A stretch of DNA of 64,000 nucleotides from positions 4,091 to 68,090 of the forward strand of contig JAURNW010000035.1 in assembly GCA_030829985.1 (NCBI GenBank), given 5' to 3'. Within the stretch, counting starts at the first letter, position 1. Each line of letters opens with the position of its first letter. Shown one piece after another: positions 28,653 to 39,071 of this stretch. The notes beneath the pieces are model-generated. The model saw nothing but the letters and a program-made list of their open reading frames with translations. It was not told where the DNA came from and searched no databases. The translations under genes were made by a program, and so were the position numbers. The stretch comes from Gammaproteobacteria bacterium (GTDB taxonomy: Bacteria > Pseudomonadota > Gammaproteobacteria > Eutrophobiales > Eutrophobiaceae).

Positions 28653-29948
28653 ATGAAAGTCATTATTAAACTAATAATCGCCAGCTTGATGTTTGTATCG
28701 CTACAAACCCAGGCGGTACTCGACATCAAAATTTCTCAAGGTGTCGAGCAAGCTTTACCTATTGCGATTGTGCCTTTCAGCTGGTCACAAGCCGGCAACG
28801 TAGCGCCTATTGATCTCACCAGCATCATTTCAGCTGATTTGAAGCGTAGTGGTCGTTTCGATGTTATGGATGAAAAGGATCTGCCACAACGTCCGGCAGA
28901 TTTTGACGCCATAAACTTTGGTGATTGGCGCAAACTAGGCATGGAGAACTTGTTAATCGGTAATCTAAGCCTGACCAACTCCGGTGACTATGAAATAAGT
29001 TTTCGCTTGATTGATATCTATCGGGGAAAACAAATTGCGGGGTTTAGAATTCCTGCAAAACCTGATTTACTCAGACGTGTAGCACATCAGATAAGTGATA
29101 TCATTTTCGAAAAATTGACCGGGATTCCCGGGGCCTTTGATACCAGAGTTGCCTACATCACTGTTAAGAAAACAAAAAATAATAGAATTCATACTTTGCA
29201 AATTGCAGATGCCGATGGGTATAACGCACAGATCCTGCTTGAGTCACCCGAACCTTTGCTCTCCCCGGCGTGGTCTCCCGACGGCAAAAAAATCGCCTAC
29301 GTCTCTTTTGAGGCCAAAAACTCGGCGATTTATGTGCAAGATATTTTGACTGGAAAACGCGAACGGGTTTCTGCTTTTGAAGGCATTAACAGTGCACCGG
29401 CCTGGTCACCTGAAGGATCACGGCTTGCCATGACCTTATCTAAAGATGGGAACACTGAAATTTATGTAATGAGTCTGTTTTCCAAAACGCTACATCGGAT
29501 GACTAATCATGGCGGGATAGATACGGAACCAGCCTGGTCTCCGGATGGAAAAAAAATTGCTTTTACCTCTGATCGCAGTGGTGGCCCACAAATTTATGAG
29601 ATGGATATTCGCGGCGGTCAGCCCAAACGCGTTAGTTTTGAAGGAAAATACAATACGCGCCCAAACTACTCACCGGATGGCAAGTCGATCACCTTGGTGC
29701 ACGCAGTTAACGGTGCATACCGTATCGGTCTGCTTGATCTCAGCAGTGGTTATATAACGACATTAACTGATGCAAAACTGGATGAGTCACCCAGCTTTGC
29801 GCCAAATGGAGGCATGATCATTTATGCCACTACCGGCGTACGTGGCGCACAGTTAGCTGCTGTTTCTATTGATGGCCGTATACACCAACGTTTAGGTTTA
29901 CAAGAGGGTGATGTTCGCGAACCTGTGTGGGGTCCATTTTTAAAATAA
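28653..29948 (+). CDS. tolB: TolB
   Basis: Signal peptide, IAIVPF and repeated PAWSPDG propeller motifs. Confidence 0.96.
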   Translation: MKVIIKLIIASLMFVSLQTQAVLDIKISQGVEQALPIAIVPFSWSQAGNVAPIDLTSIISADLKRSGRFDVMDEKDLPQRPADFDAINFGDWRKLGMENLLIGNLSLTNSGDYEISFRLIDIYRGKQIAGFRIPAKPDLLRRVAHQISDIIFEKLTGIPGAFDTRVAYITVKKTKNNRIHTLQIADADGYNAQILLESPEPLLSPAWSPDGKKIAYVSFEAKNSAIYVQDILTGKRERVSAFEGINSAPAWSPEGSRLAMTLSKDGNTEIYVMSLFSKTLHRMTNHGGIDTEPAWSPDGKKIAFTSDRSGGPQIYEMDIRGGQPKRVSFEGKYNTRPNYSPDGKSITLVHAVNGAYRIGLLDLSSGYITTLTDAKLDESPSFAPNGGMIIYATTGVRGAQLAAVSIDGRIHQRLGLQEGDVREPVWGPFLK

Positions 29949-30036
29949 GGTCTTTGTATCTCTTATACAGAGTCACTTTTGAATGTTATGCTATTTAAAT
30001 AACAGCATCTTTAAAATGCTGAAAAGGAGAAAAAAT

Positions 30037-30570
30037 ATGTTCATGCGCTTTTTGTTAGTAATGAGTCTTACAGGCTTATTGTTTGGTTGTAGCTCAGATA
30101 AAGTCAAAGAAGACCAACCAGTTGCTGTTGAAGACTTGAGCAGTCAACGAACGGATGGAAGTGATGATAGCAATGCTCAGGCCTATGGCGCTGATGACAG
30201 CTCAACCTCAGGTTTCAGCCAACTGGATGATCCGCAAAGCCCGCTATCTGTTCGCGTTATATATTTCGAATATGATAGTAGCGAAATTAAAGCAGAATAC
30301 CGTGCAGCTGTAGAAGCACACGCTGCCTATCTAACCCAGAATTCCGGTACAACAGTCACACTTGAAGGACATGCTGATGAACGAGGCTCACGTGAATATA
30401 ATCTGGCACTCGGTGAACGCCGCGCACAATCAGTAAAACAACAAATGATGTTGTTGGGCGTTTCTTCCAGCCAAATTAGATTAGTTAGCTACGGCGAAGA
30501 ACGTCCTGCAGTTGATGGACATGATGAATCATCATGGGAACAGAATCGACGAGTTGAAATTTTGTATTAA
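30037..30570 (+). CDS. pal: Peptidoglycan-associated lipoprotein
   Basis: Lipobox LFGC and EGHADERGSREYNLALGERRA; AGGAGA RBS before ATG 30037. Confidence 0.96.
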   Translation: MFMRFLLVMSLTGLLFGCSSDKVKEDQPVAVEDLSSQRTDGSDDSNAQAYGADDSSTSGFSQLDDPQSPLSVRVIYFEYDSSEIKAEYRAAVEAHAAYLTQNSGTTVTLEGHADERGSREYNLALGERRAQSVKQQMMLLGVSSSQIRLVSYGEERPAVDGHDESSWEQNRRVEILY

Positions 30571-30582
30571 GGAAAATTATTA

Positions 30583-31479
30583 ATGGTTTTTGCTATGCGA
30601 TTTATTATTTGTATTTTATGTAGTGCGTTTTTTAATAGCGCCTATGCGGAGAAAACCGGTGCTGCAGATAATAGTGCACCGGTCTATGAACCTGCAGCAC
30701 AAGATATCAATGGTCGTCTGGAGAGAGTCGAAAAGATTCTGAATAATCAGTCATTACTCAATATGCTGGAAATGCTGGAGTCTCTCAAGACAGAAGTCAA
30801 TTCACTCCGTGGTGAAATTGAAGTACAAACGCACACAATAGATCGGCTAAAACAAAAGCAGCGTGAACTATACACAGATATAGACCGCCGCTTGCAACGG
30901 CTAGAGAATAATAAATCAACTGCGCAATCAACAAACAGTGATCTGGAAGTACTGGAAACGACTGCCAATCAAGAAATAGTTGGCACTGAAACCCCTAGCG
31001 GTGAACAAGGCCTTGTTGTTGAAACCAGCAGCGAACTCACTACTGATAGCGATACTATTATTGAAGAAACAACGGCGGATCCGCTAAGAGCAGAAGCCGA
31101 TTACCAACGTGCATTCAAACTGCTTAAAGAATCACAATATGGCCAGGCACAAAAAGCATTTAAAGAATTTTTAAGCAATTATCCAGACACCGCCTATTCG
31201 GATAACGCACAATATTGGCTTGGTGAAACCAATTACGTGATGCAAAAGTATGATATTGCTATCAATGAGTATCAGACCTTGTTAAGAACGTATCCGGACA
31301 GTAAAAAAGTGTCTCATGCCCTATTAAAAATAGGTTATAGCTATGCCGAATTAGGTAACGCAACAGATGCAAAGAAAACACTGACAGAAGTTCTACAACA
31401 GTACCCCGGCACAACAGCCGCACGACTCGCTGATGAACGTTTACGAAAAATAAGCGCGGCGCAAGACTCAAACACGTGA
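30583..31479 (+). CDS. cpoB: Tol-Pal TPR protein CpoB/YbgF
   Basis: Coiled coil (LRGEIE, LYTDIDRRL) plus TPR (NAQYWLGE). Confidence 0.93.
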   Translation: MVFAMRFIICILCSAFFNSAYAEKTGAADNSAPVYEPAAQDINGRLERVEKILNNQSLLNMLEMLESLKTEVNSLRGEIEVQTHTIDRLKQKQRELYTDIDRRLQRLENNKSTAQSTNSDLEVLETTANQEIVGTETPSGEQGLVVETSSELTTDSDTIIEETTADPLRAEADYQRAFKLLKESQYGQAQKAFKEFLSNYPDTAYSDNAQYWLGETNYVMQKYDIAINEYQTLLRTYPDSKKVSHALLKIGYSYAELGNATDAKKTLTEVLQQYPGTTAARLADERLRKISAAQDSNT

Positions 31480-31480
31480 G

Positions 31481-32167
31481 ATGGATCCGGATACACAAGC
31501 CAATTCATTAACACTAAATGCGCAAGCTGCTGAGTGCCGTGTTAATGAAATTTTTTTCTCGCTGCAGGGTGAATCGATTAAGGTCGGCTTGCCGACAATA
31601 TTTATTCGTCTAACCGGCTGTCCACTACGTTGCACTTATTGTGATACCGCTTATGCCTTTCATGAAGGCCAAAAGATGACGATTGACGCCATCATTCAAG
31701 ATATCAGCCAATATCGCACAAAACATGTCACTGTCACCGGCGGCGAACCGTTAGCGCAAAGAACTTGTCATGAATTATTGGCAAGGCTGTGTGATGAAGG
31801 CTATCAGGTTTCATTAGAAACGAGTGGCGCTATAGATATCGCCAATGTTGATGAACGCGTCATGAAGATAATGGATATAAAAACACCTGGCTCCTCTGAG
31901 GCAGAGAAAAACTATTTTAATAATCTTGCTTACCTGACAATTAAAGATCAAATCAAGTTTGTTATTTCTGACCGAACAGACTATGACTGGTCAAAACAAA
32001 AAATGAATGAATTCAAATTAACCGATATCTGTGAAGTGCTTTTATCACCCGAACATGAGGCACTAAGCCCAACGGATATAGCTGAGTGGATATTGGAAGA
32101 CAAATTACATGTCCGCTTACAGGTTCAACTACATAAATATTTATGGGGTAATGTTCCGGGGAAATAA
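31481..32167 (+). CDS. queE: 7-carboxy-7-deazaguanine synthase (radical SAM)
   Basis: EIFFSLQGE, GCPLRCTYCDT, TGGEP and QLHK. Confidence 0.95.
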   Translation: MDPDTQANSLTLNAQAAECRVNEIFFSLQGESIKVGLPTIFIRLTGCPLRCTYCDTAYAFHEGQKMTIDAIIQDISQYRTKHVTVTGGEPLAQRTCHELLARLCDEGYQVSLETSGAIDIANVDERVMKIMDIKTPGSSEAEKNYFNNLAYLTIKDQIKFVISDRTDYDWSKQKMNEFKLTDICEVLLSPEHEALSPTDIAEWILEDKLHVRLQVQLHKYLWGNVPGK

Positions 32168-32215
32168 ATTTAAAATCAATGATTTTAAATTTATCGCCGC
32201 AAACAGTATTAAGCT

Positions 32216-32896
32216 ATGACTGATTTTAACAAGGCAATTGTACTCGTATCAGGCGGACTCGATTCAACGACCACGCTAGCTATCGCAAAAGCCCTTGGCT
32301 TTAAATGTTACGCTTTAAGCTTCGATTATGGTCAGCGCCACATAGCAGAGCTATTCGCTGCGAGCCGTATTGCACAAGCTTTCGATGCAAAAGATCACAA
32401 AACTATAAAAATTGATCTGGGTCAGATCGGTGGTTCAGCATTAACTGACAATGCTATTGATGTGCCCGAAGTTCATTCTGAAGGCATACCCGTAACTTAC
32501 GTTCCCGCACGTAACACGATCTTTCTCTCATATGCACTTGCCTGGGCAGAAGTACTGGAGGCTAATGATATCTTTATCGGTGTTAATGCCGTTGACTATT
32601 CAGGTTATCCTGACTGCAGACCAGAATATATTAAAGCCTATGAAAAACTCGCCACACTGGCAACCAAAGCTGGCGTTGAAGGAACAGCATTTAAAATTCA
32701 TACCCCGTTAATCGATTTAAGCAAATCAGACATTATTAGACAGGGGGTTGAGCTCGGTGTTGATTACTCAATTACCGTATCTTGCTATCAAGCGGATGAG
32801 AAAGGTCGTGCCTGTGGCGTGTGTGATTCCTGCCGTTTTAGGAAAGATGGATTTAAATCGGCAAAAATTACTGATCCAACTCGTTATCAACGCTGA
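32216..32896 (+). CDS. queC: 7-cyano-7-deazaguanine synthase
   Basis: SGGLDS, YVPARN, SGYPDCR and CGVCDSC. Confidence 0.96.
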   Translation: MTDFNKAIVLVSGGLDSTTTLAIAKALGFKCYALSFDYGQRHIAELFAASRIAQAFDAKDHKTIKIDLGQIGGSALTDNAIDVPEVHSEGIPVTYVPARNTIFLSYALAWAEVLEANDIFIGVNAVDYSGYPDCRPEYIKAYEKLATLATKAGVEGTAFKIHTPLIDLSKSDIIRQGVELGVDYSITVSCYQADEKGRACGVCDSCRFRKDGFKSAKITDPTRYQR

Positions 32897-32985
32897 TTTT
32901 TCTTTAAATTACGACGAGTGCAACTGAGCCGTTATTTATACTAGAATGAGCGTTCACTTATAAATCAAATGATGGGAGCTCGTTT

Positions 32986-33399
32986 ATGAATACAAACCAT
33001 GGCCGCTGTGATTGCGGAGAATTAGAGTATGAATTTCTAGACGAACCGATGAATACGGTTTTTTGTTATTGCAAAACTTGTCAGTTACACACAAATTCTG
33101 ACAAATGGTTTGGCGTTTGGGTCGCTGAGGACAAATTTAAATTTGTTAAAGGTTCGCCATCCAGCTTTACAGCACTAGGTGACTCTGGCAAGGAAACACA
33201 TCGACTATTTTGTGGAAATTGTGCGACACCGATAGGTCTCAAATGTGATGGTTTTGATATGTATTCATTATCGTCTAGCACCATCGACGGTGGCGATAAG
33301 CTATTACCCAAGATGCTTATCTATACCTCTGTAGCACCTGACTGGGCTACTTTTCCTGAAGGAATCCCAAAGTATGATATTCTCCCGCCAAGCGATTAA
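32986..33399 (+). CDS. GFA (glutathione-dependent formaldehyde-activating/CENP-V) family protein
   Basis: GxCxCG, CYCKTC and FCGNC zinc motifs. Confidence 0.85.
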   Translation: MNTNHGRCDCGELEYEFLDEPMNTVFCYCKTCQLHTNSDKWFGVWVAEDKFKFVKGSPSSFTALGDSGKETHRLFCGNCATPIGLKCDGFDMYSLSSSTIDGGDKLLPKMLIYTSVAPDWATFPEGIPKYDILPPSD

Positions 33400-33459
33400 G
33401 TCATGCATAGTAGTAATTAAATATTCTATCTAATTTAACACCGTAACCAATTATTCAAA

Positions 33460-33480
33460 CCACCCCATTTATTGGGGTGG
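33460..33480. other. GC-rich hairpin 16 bp upstream of the 33497 ORF
   Basis: CCACCCCA-TTTAT-TGGGGTGG perfect 8-bp stem with no U-tract. Confidence 0.5.
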
Positions 33481-33496
33481 CTCATATGGAATTTAC

Positions 33497-34324
33497 ATGA
33501 TAAAAAAATCAATAACGTATACGGACCTGGTAGAAGATTTCGCTAATAGGAATATACCTATCGACACTCCTGGGTTTTACGATCATCCCAATTTCATGAA
33601 GATCGAGGAAAAGAATGCCAGTTACCTGAGTAACTATGCGAAGTTTGTACATGAACGACCTCGCGATGAAACTTATGATGGTTTCGTTAAAAAAACAGCA
33701 CCACTAATCATAAACTTTTATCATGACAAATATATTGGAAAAGACAGCAGCAACTCGAGAACAGAGTTTACGAATGTAATTTCTAAAGCTTTGGAAAAAG
33801 CTGGTGTGTGGAATTATGTTGTTAAAGGCTCGGTAACTATCGACTTTCCTGACGCATCGGACATTCCTAAACATAACTTTTGGTCTATCGATTATGATGG
33901 ATATAGCGCTGCACATACATGGATTGTGGCCCCGCCATTTTATGTGGTTGATGTATCACTAAAAACCCACGCTTTTTCTGCTAAAGAAGCCGAACATTTA
34001 ATGCCGATAAACTGTAATGAAGCTAATAACATTATCGAGGCTGAGCTAGAAGATATTCTTACGCCAGATGCCTGTACGTTGCTTGCCAGTCATAAATTAA
34101 AACGTTCTGAATATTTCGGGGTCATTAGCCCACAAACAGAAAAGTTTTTAGCTGTTTTCCCTTCTCGCGAAGTTTCATTTAATGATACTAAAATAAAATA
34201 TTTTCCTTTATCTGTATCAGCGGCCGATCTGCCATTCGAACAAATGTCCACCATTCAGTTTGATGGGCAAACTGCTTTTGACCTCTATGAAAACAAGATT
34301 AAGAAACTAATTGAACATGCTTAA
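33497..34324 (+). CDS. Hypothetical protein, possible transglutaminase-like fold
   Basis: 275-aa ORF with an AHTW...VVD pattern; no confident family. Confidence 0.7.
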   Translation: MIKKSITYTDLVEDFANRNIPIDTPGFYDHPNFMKIEEKNASYLSNYAKFVHERPRDETYDGFVKKTAPLIINFYHDKYIGKDSSNSRTEFTNVISKALEKAGVWNYVVKGSVTIDFPDASDIPKHNFWSIDYDGYSAAHTWIVAPPFYVVDVSLKTHAFSAKEAEHLMPINCNEANNIIEAELEDILTPDACTLLASHKLKRSEYFGVISPQTEKFLAVFPSREVSFNDTKIKYFPLSVSAADLPFEQMSTIQFDGQTAFDLYENKIKKLIEHA

Positions 34325-34345
34325 TACAAATCGGTATCAATTTGC

Positions 34346-34759
34346 ATGATTACAAAAGAACAAATGATCGCGTTTCTTGCTAAAGAGTTTCCACAAAGCA
34401 AATGCATTGTTGAGGAAGTTGGCAATCAATCCGCAACTATCCGACACAAGATTGGGTTTGAAGAACTCCGCCCCGGCAATACGGTATCCGGGCCAGTGTT
34501 GATGACGGTTGCTGACGTAGCGCTTTATGTGGCTATTCTTGGTGAGATTGGGCTCATACCGCTCACAGTAACAACAAATCTCAGTATTAATTTTCTAAGA
34601 AAACCAGCAGCAGACAAAGATATTGTTGGTATATGTAAGCTTATCAAGGTGGGTCGGACGCTCGCTGTTGGTGAAGTCTCTATTTATTCTGAAGGAGATG
34701 AACATGTCGTTGCTCATGCCGTAGGTACGTATTCTATTCCGCCAATACGGGATCGTTAG
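34346..34759 (+). CDS. PaaI-family thioesterase
   Basis: RPGNTVSGP...AD and TTNLSINFLRKP hotdog motifs. Confidence 0.88.
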   Translation: MITKEQMIAFLAKEFPQSKCIVEEVGNQSATIRHKIGFEELRPGNTVSGPVLMTVADVALYVAILGEIGLIPLTVTTNLSINFLRKPAADKDIVGICKLIKVGRTLAVGEVSIYSEGDEHVVAHAVGTYSIPPIRDR

Positions 34760-34821
34760 AAAACTACACGAATAACATGCCCCGGAACTGCTTTAGAGAT
34801 TATAACGGGAAATAATACGGA

Positions 34822-37041
34822 TTAATTTAATCTTGCGATTCTGTTTACATTGTAGATCGGCGAAGACAGCGCAACCTTTTGTGTTTCCAGCAAACGAATG
34901 TAATTGAAATAACGAGTGCGTATTTCCCTTACATATACAACAGCCTGTCCACATCGACAATGGCGCACTTGTTCACCGTCTTTGTTATAGGGTTTTGATA
35001 AAGCCAACATGGCAATCTCAACATTATCAAACCACTTCTCTTTGTCGAGCCCCATTTTTTCTGCCAGTTCTCGGGCATGTTTAACTCGGCCATAACCGGC
35101 GTTGTAAGAAGCGATAGTAAACCACACGCGATCTTCTAATGGGACTGATTCTTCAAATTTAGTTCTCAGGTAATTTAAATAACGTATGCCACCATCAATA
35201 CTGGATTCGGGGTTATGCGCGTCACTTACACCCAGAAATTCAGCCGTCGCCGGGATCAACTGCATCAATCCTTCTGCGCCAGCTGATGAATTAGCATATG
35301 GGTTAAACTGACTTTCCTGAAACATAAGTGCTGTAATCAAACGCCAATCAAAACCATACTCTTCAGAGTATCGCTGCGTCATATCATCATAAGGCGACAA
35401 CGATGTATATTGCGTACTATTACTCTTTTCTTTGCTTTCTATTTTCTGTTGCTCAAAATATTTTGCATGCAGCACATTATATTTTTCACTTCTAAAAATA
35501 TTAGCTATAAAACTATTTAAGGAATCTAGCAGTTGTTGGTCTTCTTTTCTTACTGCCCAACGGTGAGCTAAGGGTTCAGACAAGACAAACTGCGCTTTTA
35601 AACCTGTCTTTACAGTTTTTCCGACACTTAATTGATGATTGCCGATTACGGTTAAATCGTACATGCCTAAAGACACCATTAACATGGCGCTTTCTGTATT
35701 AATACCTACGTCAGCTTTAACCAAATCAAAAATTAGACCTTGATCTTTTAACTGAGACAAATAATTCCAATAAGGACTGTCATCGGCCAAAACAATTCTT
35801 CTACCTTCAAGGTCGCGGAAATCAATAATCTGCCGCTTTGAATTGCGTCCTACAATTACCGGACTGGCATAATTGTAAGGCGCTGTGTATTTAAATAAAT
35901 TATTTTTCTGCAGCAAACTACTTGGCAAAGAAGCTGCAATTACGTCGCCCTTTCCTTCTTTAAGCAAATTAAACATCGCTTCTTTTGAATTTGCTAAAAC
36001 CACATCCACTCGCAAGCGATTTTGTTTTGCATATTGTTTCAATAACTCATACTCAAAACCTAATAACTTTCCATCTTGCAAATAATAATGAGATGGACTT
36101 GTATTTGTGATAACACGCAACACACCTTTGCTTTTAATGGATGACAGATCATCAAAATAGGTTGATACGAGGTTATGAGTTACATGTTGCTGGTTCAGAT
36201 ACTGGTTTAGTTTTTCAAATAATAACTGATCATTACTTCTGACAGCCCAAGCCATGCTCCTTTGCTCTGACAGGTCGTAACTTGCGTGAAGCTCTGTATT
36301 TGCCGGTAAATACTTGTCTAGAAAAAGACTATCGGCAACAGCCAGATCGTATTGGGCTGTTTTCACACGCTGCATTACTTCAGCATATGTAACTGTTGCC
36401 GGTATTTCTTCTAACAACATTCCCACCTGAGATTCTGCCAAATCATGCAACTTGTTCCAGACAGGTGATGATTTATAAGCCGCAATTTGACGGCCGGCAA
36501 GATCCTCAATACGGGTTATACGACTGTTATCAACACGTTCTACTATCTTAAATGTTGCATTAGACCAGGTATGTGTGAAATTCACCTGATCCTGAATACT
36601 ACCTGCTAAACCTTGATCCTGGGCAACAATAATATCGCCATGGCCATTAACTAACTCTGGCAATAATCGCCAATCGTTATCGACATAAATCCAGTTCAAA
36701 TCCAGTTGATTTAAATCTGCAAACTCTTCAACTAATTCTCGTTCTGTTGCACTAATAGCACATTCATTATTTTTTCTTAACAAAAGAACACGCAATATGC
36801 CGCGCTGCTGTATATCGCCCAAATCAGAAACCTGTTCTGATAATTGTGATTTTTCGTGATTTTCAAATAATGGAATGGTTGCAACCGGAGCGTCGCAAAA
36901 ATTTATGTATGAATTATTTTTATCAAGCTCACTAGCAATAGGTGAGGTGGGGAATACAAACAAGCAGAGCAACACGCTCAAACAAGATTTTGCATTAAAC
37001 GAGAGATTAATTTTCATAAAAACCATCCTCAACCTCATCAA
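34822..37041 (-). CDS. MltF-like lytic transglycosylase with two tandem substrate-binding domains
   Basis: Two repeats of DL..I..xGxLRV...GDII/VI...DLxGRxI...YDL...WAVR; SLT domain with QESQF, GLMQL, ASYNAG and YVREI. Confidence 0.85.
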   Translation of the reverse strand: MMRLRMVFMKINLSFNAKSCLSVLLCLFVFPTSPIASELDKNNSYINFCDAPVATIPLFENHEKSQLSEQVSDLGDIQQRGILRVLLLRKNNECAISATERELVEEFADLNQLDLNWIYVDNDWRLLPELVNGHGDIIVAQDQGLAGSIQDQVNFTHTWSNATFKIVERVDNSRITRIEDLAGRQIAAYKSSPVWNKLHDLAESQVGMLLEEIPATVTYAEVMQRVKTAQYDLAVADSLFLDKYLPANTELHASYDLSEQRSMAWAVRSNDQLLFEKLNQYLNQQHVTHNLVSTYFDDLSSIKSKGVLRVITNTSPSHYYLQDGKLLGFEYELLKQYAKQNRLRVDVVLANSKEAMFNLLKEGKGDVIAASLPSSLLQKNNLFKYTAPYNYASPVIVGRNSKRQIIDFRDLEGRRIVLADDSPYWNYLSQLKDQGLIFDLVKADVGINTESAMLMVSLGMYDLTVIGNHQLSVGKTVKTGLKAQFVLSEPLAHRWAVRKEDQQLLDSLNSFIANIFRSEKYNVLHAKYFEQQKIESKEKSNSTQYTSLSPYDDMTQRYSEEYGFDWRLITALMFQESQFNPYANSSAGAEGLMQLIPATAEFLGVSDAHNPESSIDGGIRYLNYLRTKFEESVPLEDRVWFTIASYNAGYGRVKHARELAEKMGLDKEKWFDNVEIAMLALSKPYNKDGEQVRHCRCGQAVVYVREIRTRYFNYIRLLETQKVALSSPIYNVNRIARLN

Positions 37042-37177
37042 TCTGCGTTAAACAGTTGAAATTTCGCGCGAATCATACCCTGTTCAGCGCAACTATTCTA
37101 TATAGTGTGGTTAAATAATTAAGAACTACAAGATGTAGGAATCAAGCAGAAACGGGTTAGAAATCTACCATAGCTTA

Positions 37178-37192
37178 TGCTGCGACGCAACA
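37178..37192. promoter_or_regulatory. Palindrome resembling a PhaR/AniA-type box
   Basis: TGCTGCG-A-CGCAACA (one mismatch) in an AT-rich intergenic region upstream of the mltF-like gene. Confidence 0.35.
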
Positions 37193-37278
37193 AACTGCAT
37201 CGGGTTAGCTATAATTTGTTGAGTTTATATATTTACAGAAAAGAATAGGCTGAAAGTATGTTGGTGTTCACTCTCGAT

Positions 37279-37938
37279 TTAAGCATTGTTTTTATTTGCT
37301 TCTTTTAAACGCTCGGGCGTACCTATATCGCGCCATTTTCCTTTAAAGTGCTGACCAGTCAGTTTCCCTCCCTGCGCTGATTGACGCAACAATGGCGCTA
37401 AAGGAAGGCGGCCAGGGACACAGCCCTTGAAAAAAAGCGGTGAAAAAAACCCTATGCCACTGTATGTGAGTCTATGCTGTCCTTCATTGCGTAACTGATT
37501 TTGCTGCAGGGCAAAGTCACCATTCGTATTGTGCTTTGGATTATCAACCATCACTAGATGAGCATCCGAAACTAATTGATCGGGTAATAGTGAATAATCA
37601 AAATCAGTTACGATGTCAGCATTGGTCACAATGAACGGTGCATTCCCCAGCAAAGGCAGGGCCTTTACGATGCCTCCGGCAGTCTCCAATAACGCCTCAC
37701 CCTCATCAGAATAATTTATTGAAACGCCAAAACTTTCGCCTGTCCCTAGGCGCTGATGAATCTGGCTGCCTAAATGACCGGTGTTGATAACGATTGTTTT
37801 AATACCCGCAGAAACCAGTCTCTCTACATGATGAACAATGAGTGGCTTACCCTTGACCTCAAGTAGTGGTTTCGGTATCGAATCGGTTAATGGCCGCATA
37901 CGTTCTCCGCGTCCAGCAGCCAGGATCATCGCAATCAT
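37279..37938 (-). CDS. murU: MurNAc-alpha-1-phosphate uridylyltransferase
   Basis: AMILAAGRGERMRPLT, LETAGG and WRDIGTPERL; follows amgK. Start at ATG 37938. Confidence 0.92.
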   Translation of the reverse strand: MIAMILAAGRGERMRPLTDSIPKPLLEVKGKPLIVHHVERLVSAGIKTIVINTGHLGSQIHQRLGTGESFGVSINYSDEGEALLETAGGIVKALPLLGNAPFIVTNADIVTDFDYSLLPDQLVSDAHLVMVDNPKHNTNGDFALQQNQLRNEGQHRLTYSGIGFFSPLFFKGCVPGRLPLAPLLRQSAQGGKLTGQHFKGKWRDIGTPERLKEANKNNA

Positions 37939-37942
37939 GACA

Positions 37943-38932
37943 TCAAGCTCCTTCCAGCTTTGGCAGAACCTGGTTCTCAATAAGCTGGCATAGTGGAGCC
38001 AATTCCTGATAGGTTTGCTTGAGGTCTAGAATATATGACAATGTTCTTGGAACATCTTTAAGAAAGCCATGTTTACCATCGCGGTGTGACAGGCGCGCAA
38101 AAATACCACTGGCCTTAAGATGACGCTGCACCCCCATTAAGTCAAACCAGCGCTGAAACTGGTCTCTACCAATATTCAAACCCGCATCCCGCACAAGTCG
38201 TTCGTTTAGATAGAAATCCACCCAATGATTAATCTCATCTTGAGACCATTTAATGTAACAGTCTTTCAATAATGACATCAGATCGTAACTAACCGGTCCA
38301 AGAACGGCATCCTGAAAATCAATCACGCCAGGATTATTTGCTTTGGTCAACATCAAGTTCCTTGAATGAAAATCCCTGTGCACAAATGCCTGCGGTTGTT
38401 CCAGGGCATTTTGCTCCAAGAGATTAAATAACGTTTCAATTGCTTTTGTCTGCCCATCATTTAACTCAATTTTCAGGTGTTTAGCCAATAACCAGTCTGT
38501 AAAAAGATACATTTCACGCTGTAATAAACTGCTGTCATAAGCATCAAGCTGGTTTGTATCAGCATCAAGCTGCATCGAGACAATCGTTTTTATTGCTTCA
38601 GAATAAAGCTGGTTAGCATTAGTTTGATCAAGCTTGTTTAAATAGTGATCATTGCCAAAATCACTAAGCAATAAAAAACCCTGTGCCAAATCCATATTAT
38701 GTATGATGGGAACATTGACACGACACTCGTTCAAAATACGGTTGACCTTTACAAAGGGTTGGCAATCCTCTTGTTCCGGAGGGGCATCCATAACAATATA
38801 GCTTTTGTGGTCGAGGGACAGGCGATAATAATAACGAAAACTGGCATCTTCAGAGGCTGGCTTTAAATTAAAATCACTGGTTTTAAGCGTCTTTATTAAC
38901 CAGTTTTGCAAAGATTCGAAACGTTCAGACAT
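37943..38932 (-). CDS. amgK: Anomeric MurNAc/GlcNAc kinase
   Basis: DASFRYY, MDAPP, HRDFHSRNL, IDFQDA and QRHLKASGIFARL. Confidence 0.92.
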   Translation of the reverse strand: MSERFESLQNWLIKTLKTSDFNLKPASEDASFRYYYRLSLDHKSYIVMDAPPEQEDCQPFVKVNRILNECRVNVPIIHNMDLAQGFLLLSDFGNDHYLNKLDQTNANQLYSEAIKTIVSMQLDADTNQLDAYDSSLLQREMYLFTDWLLAKHLKIELNDGQTKAIETLFNLLEQNALEQPQAFVHRDFHSRNLMLTKANNPGVIDFQDAVLGPVSYDLMSLLKDCYIKWSQDEINHWVDFYLNERLVRDAGLNIGRDQFQRWFDLMGVQRHLKASGIFARLSHRDGKHGFLKDVPRTLSYILDLKQTYQELAPLCQLIENQVLPKLEGA

Positions 38933-39071
38933 TTAAGGTAATTTATTCAGGGTGTTCGTTGACAGTCTATGTTTTTTTATAGTTAAGGTAAAAACATACT
39001 AGCGATATTTTTCAGCGTCGATTTATTCTGGCATCATCTCGTAAATTTAGAGGAAGGAGAAACACTAGCAC

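Noticed and set aside
31481..32896. queE-queC as part of a 7-deazaguanine DNA modification (dpd) system
   Set aside because: Standard housekeeping position after tol-pal; no dpdA or tgt paralogue nearby.
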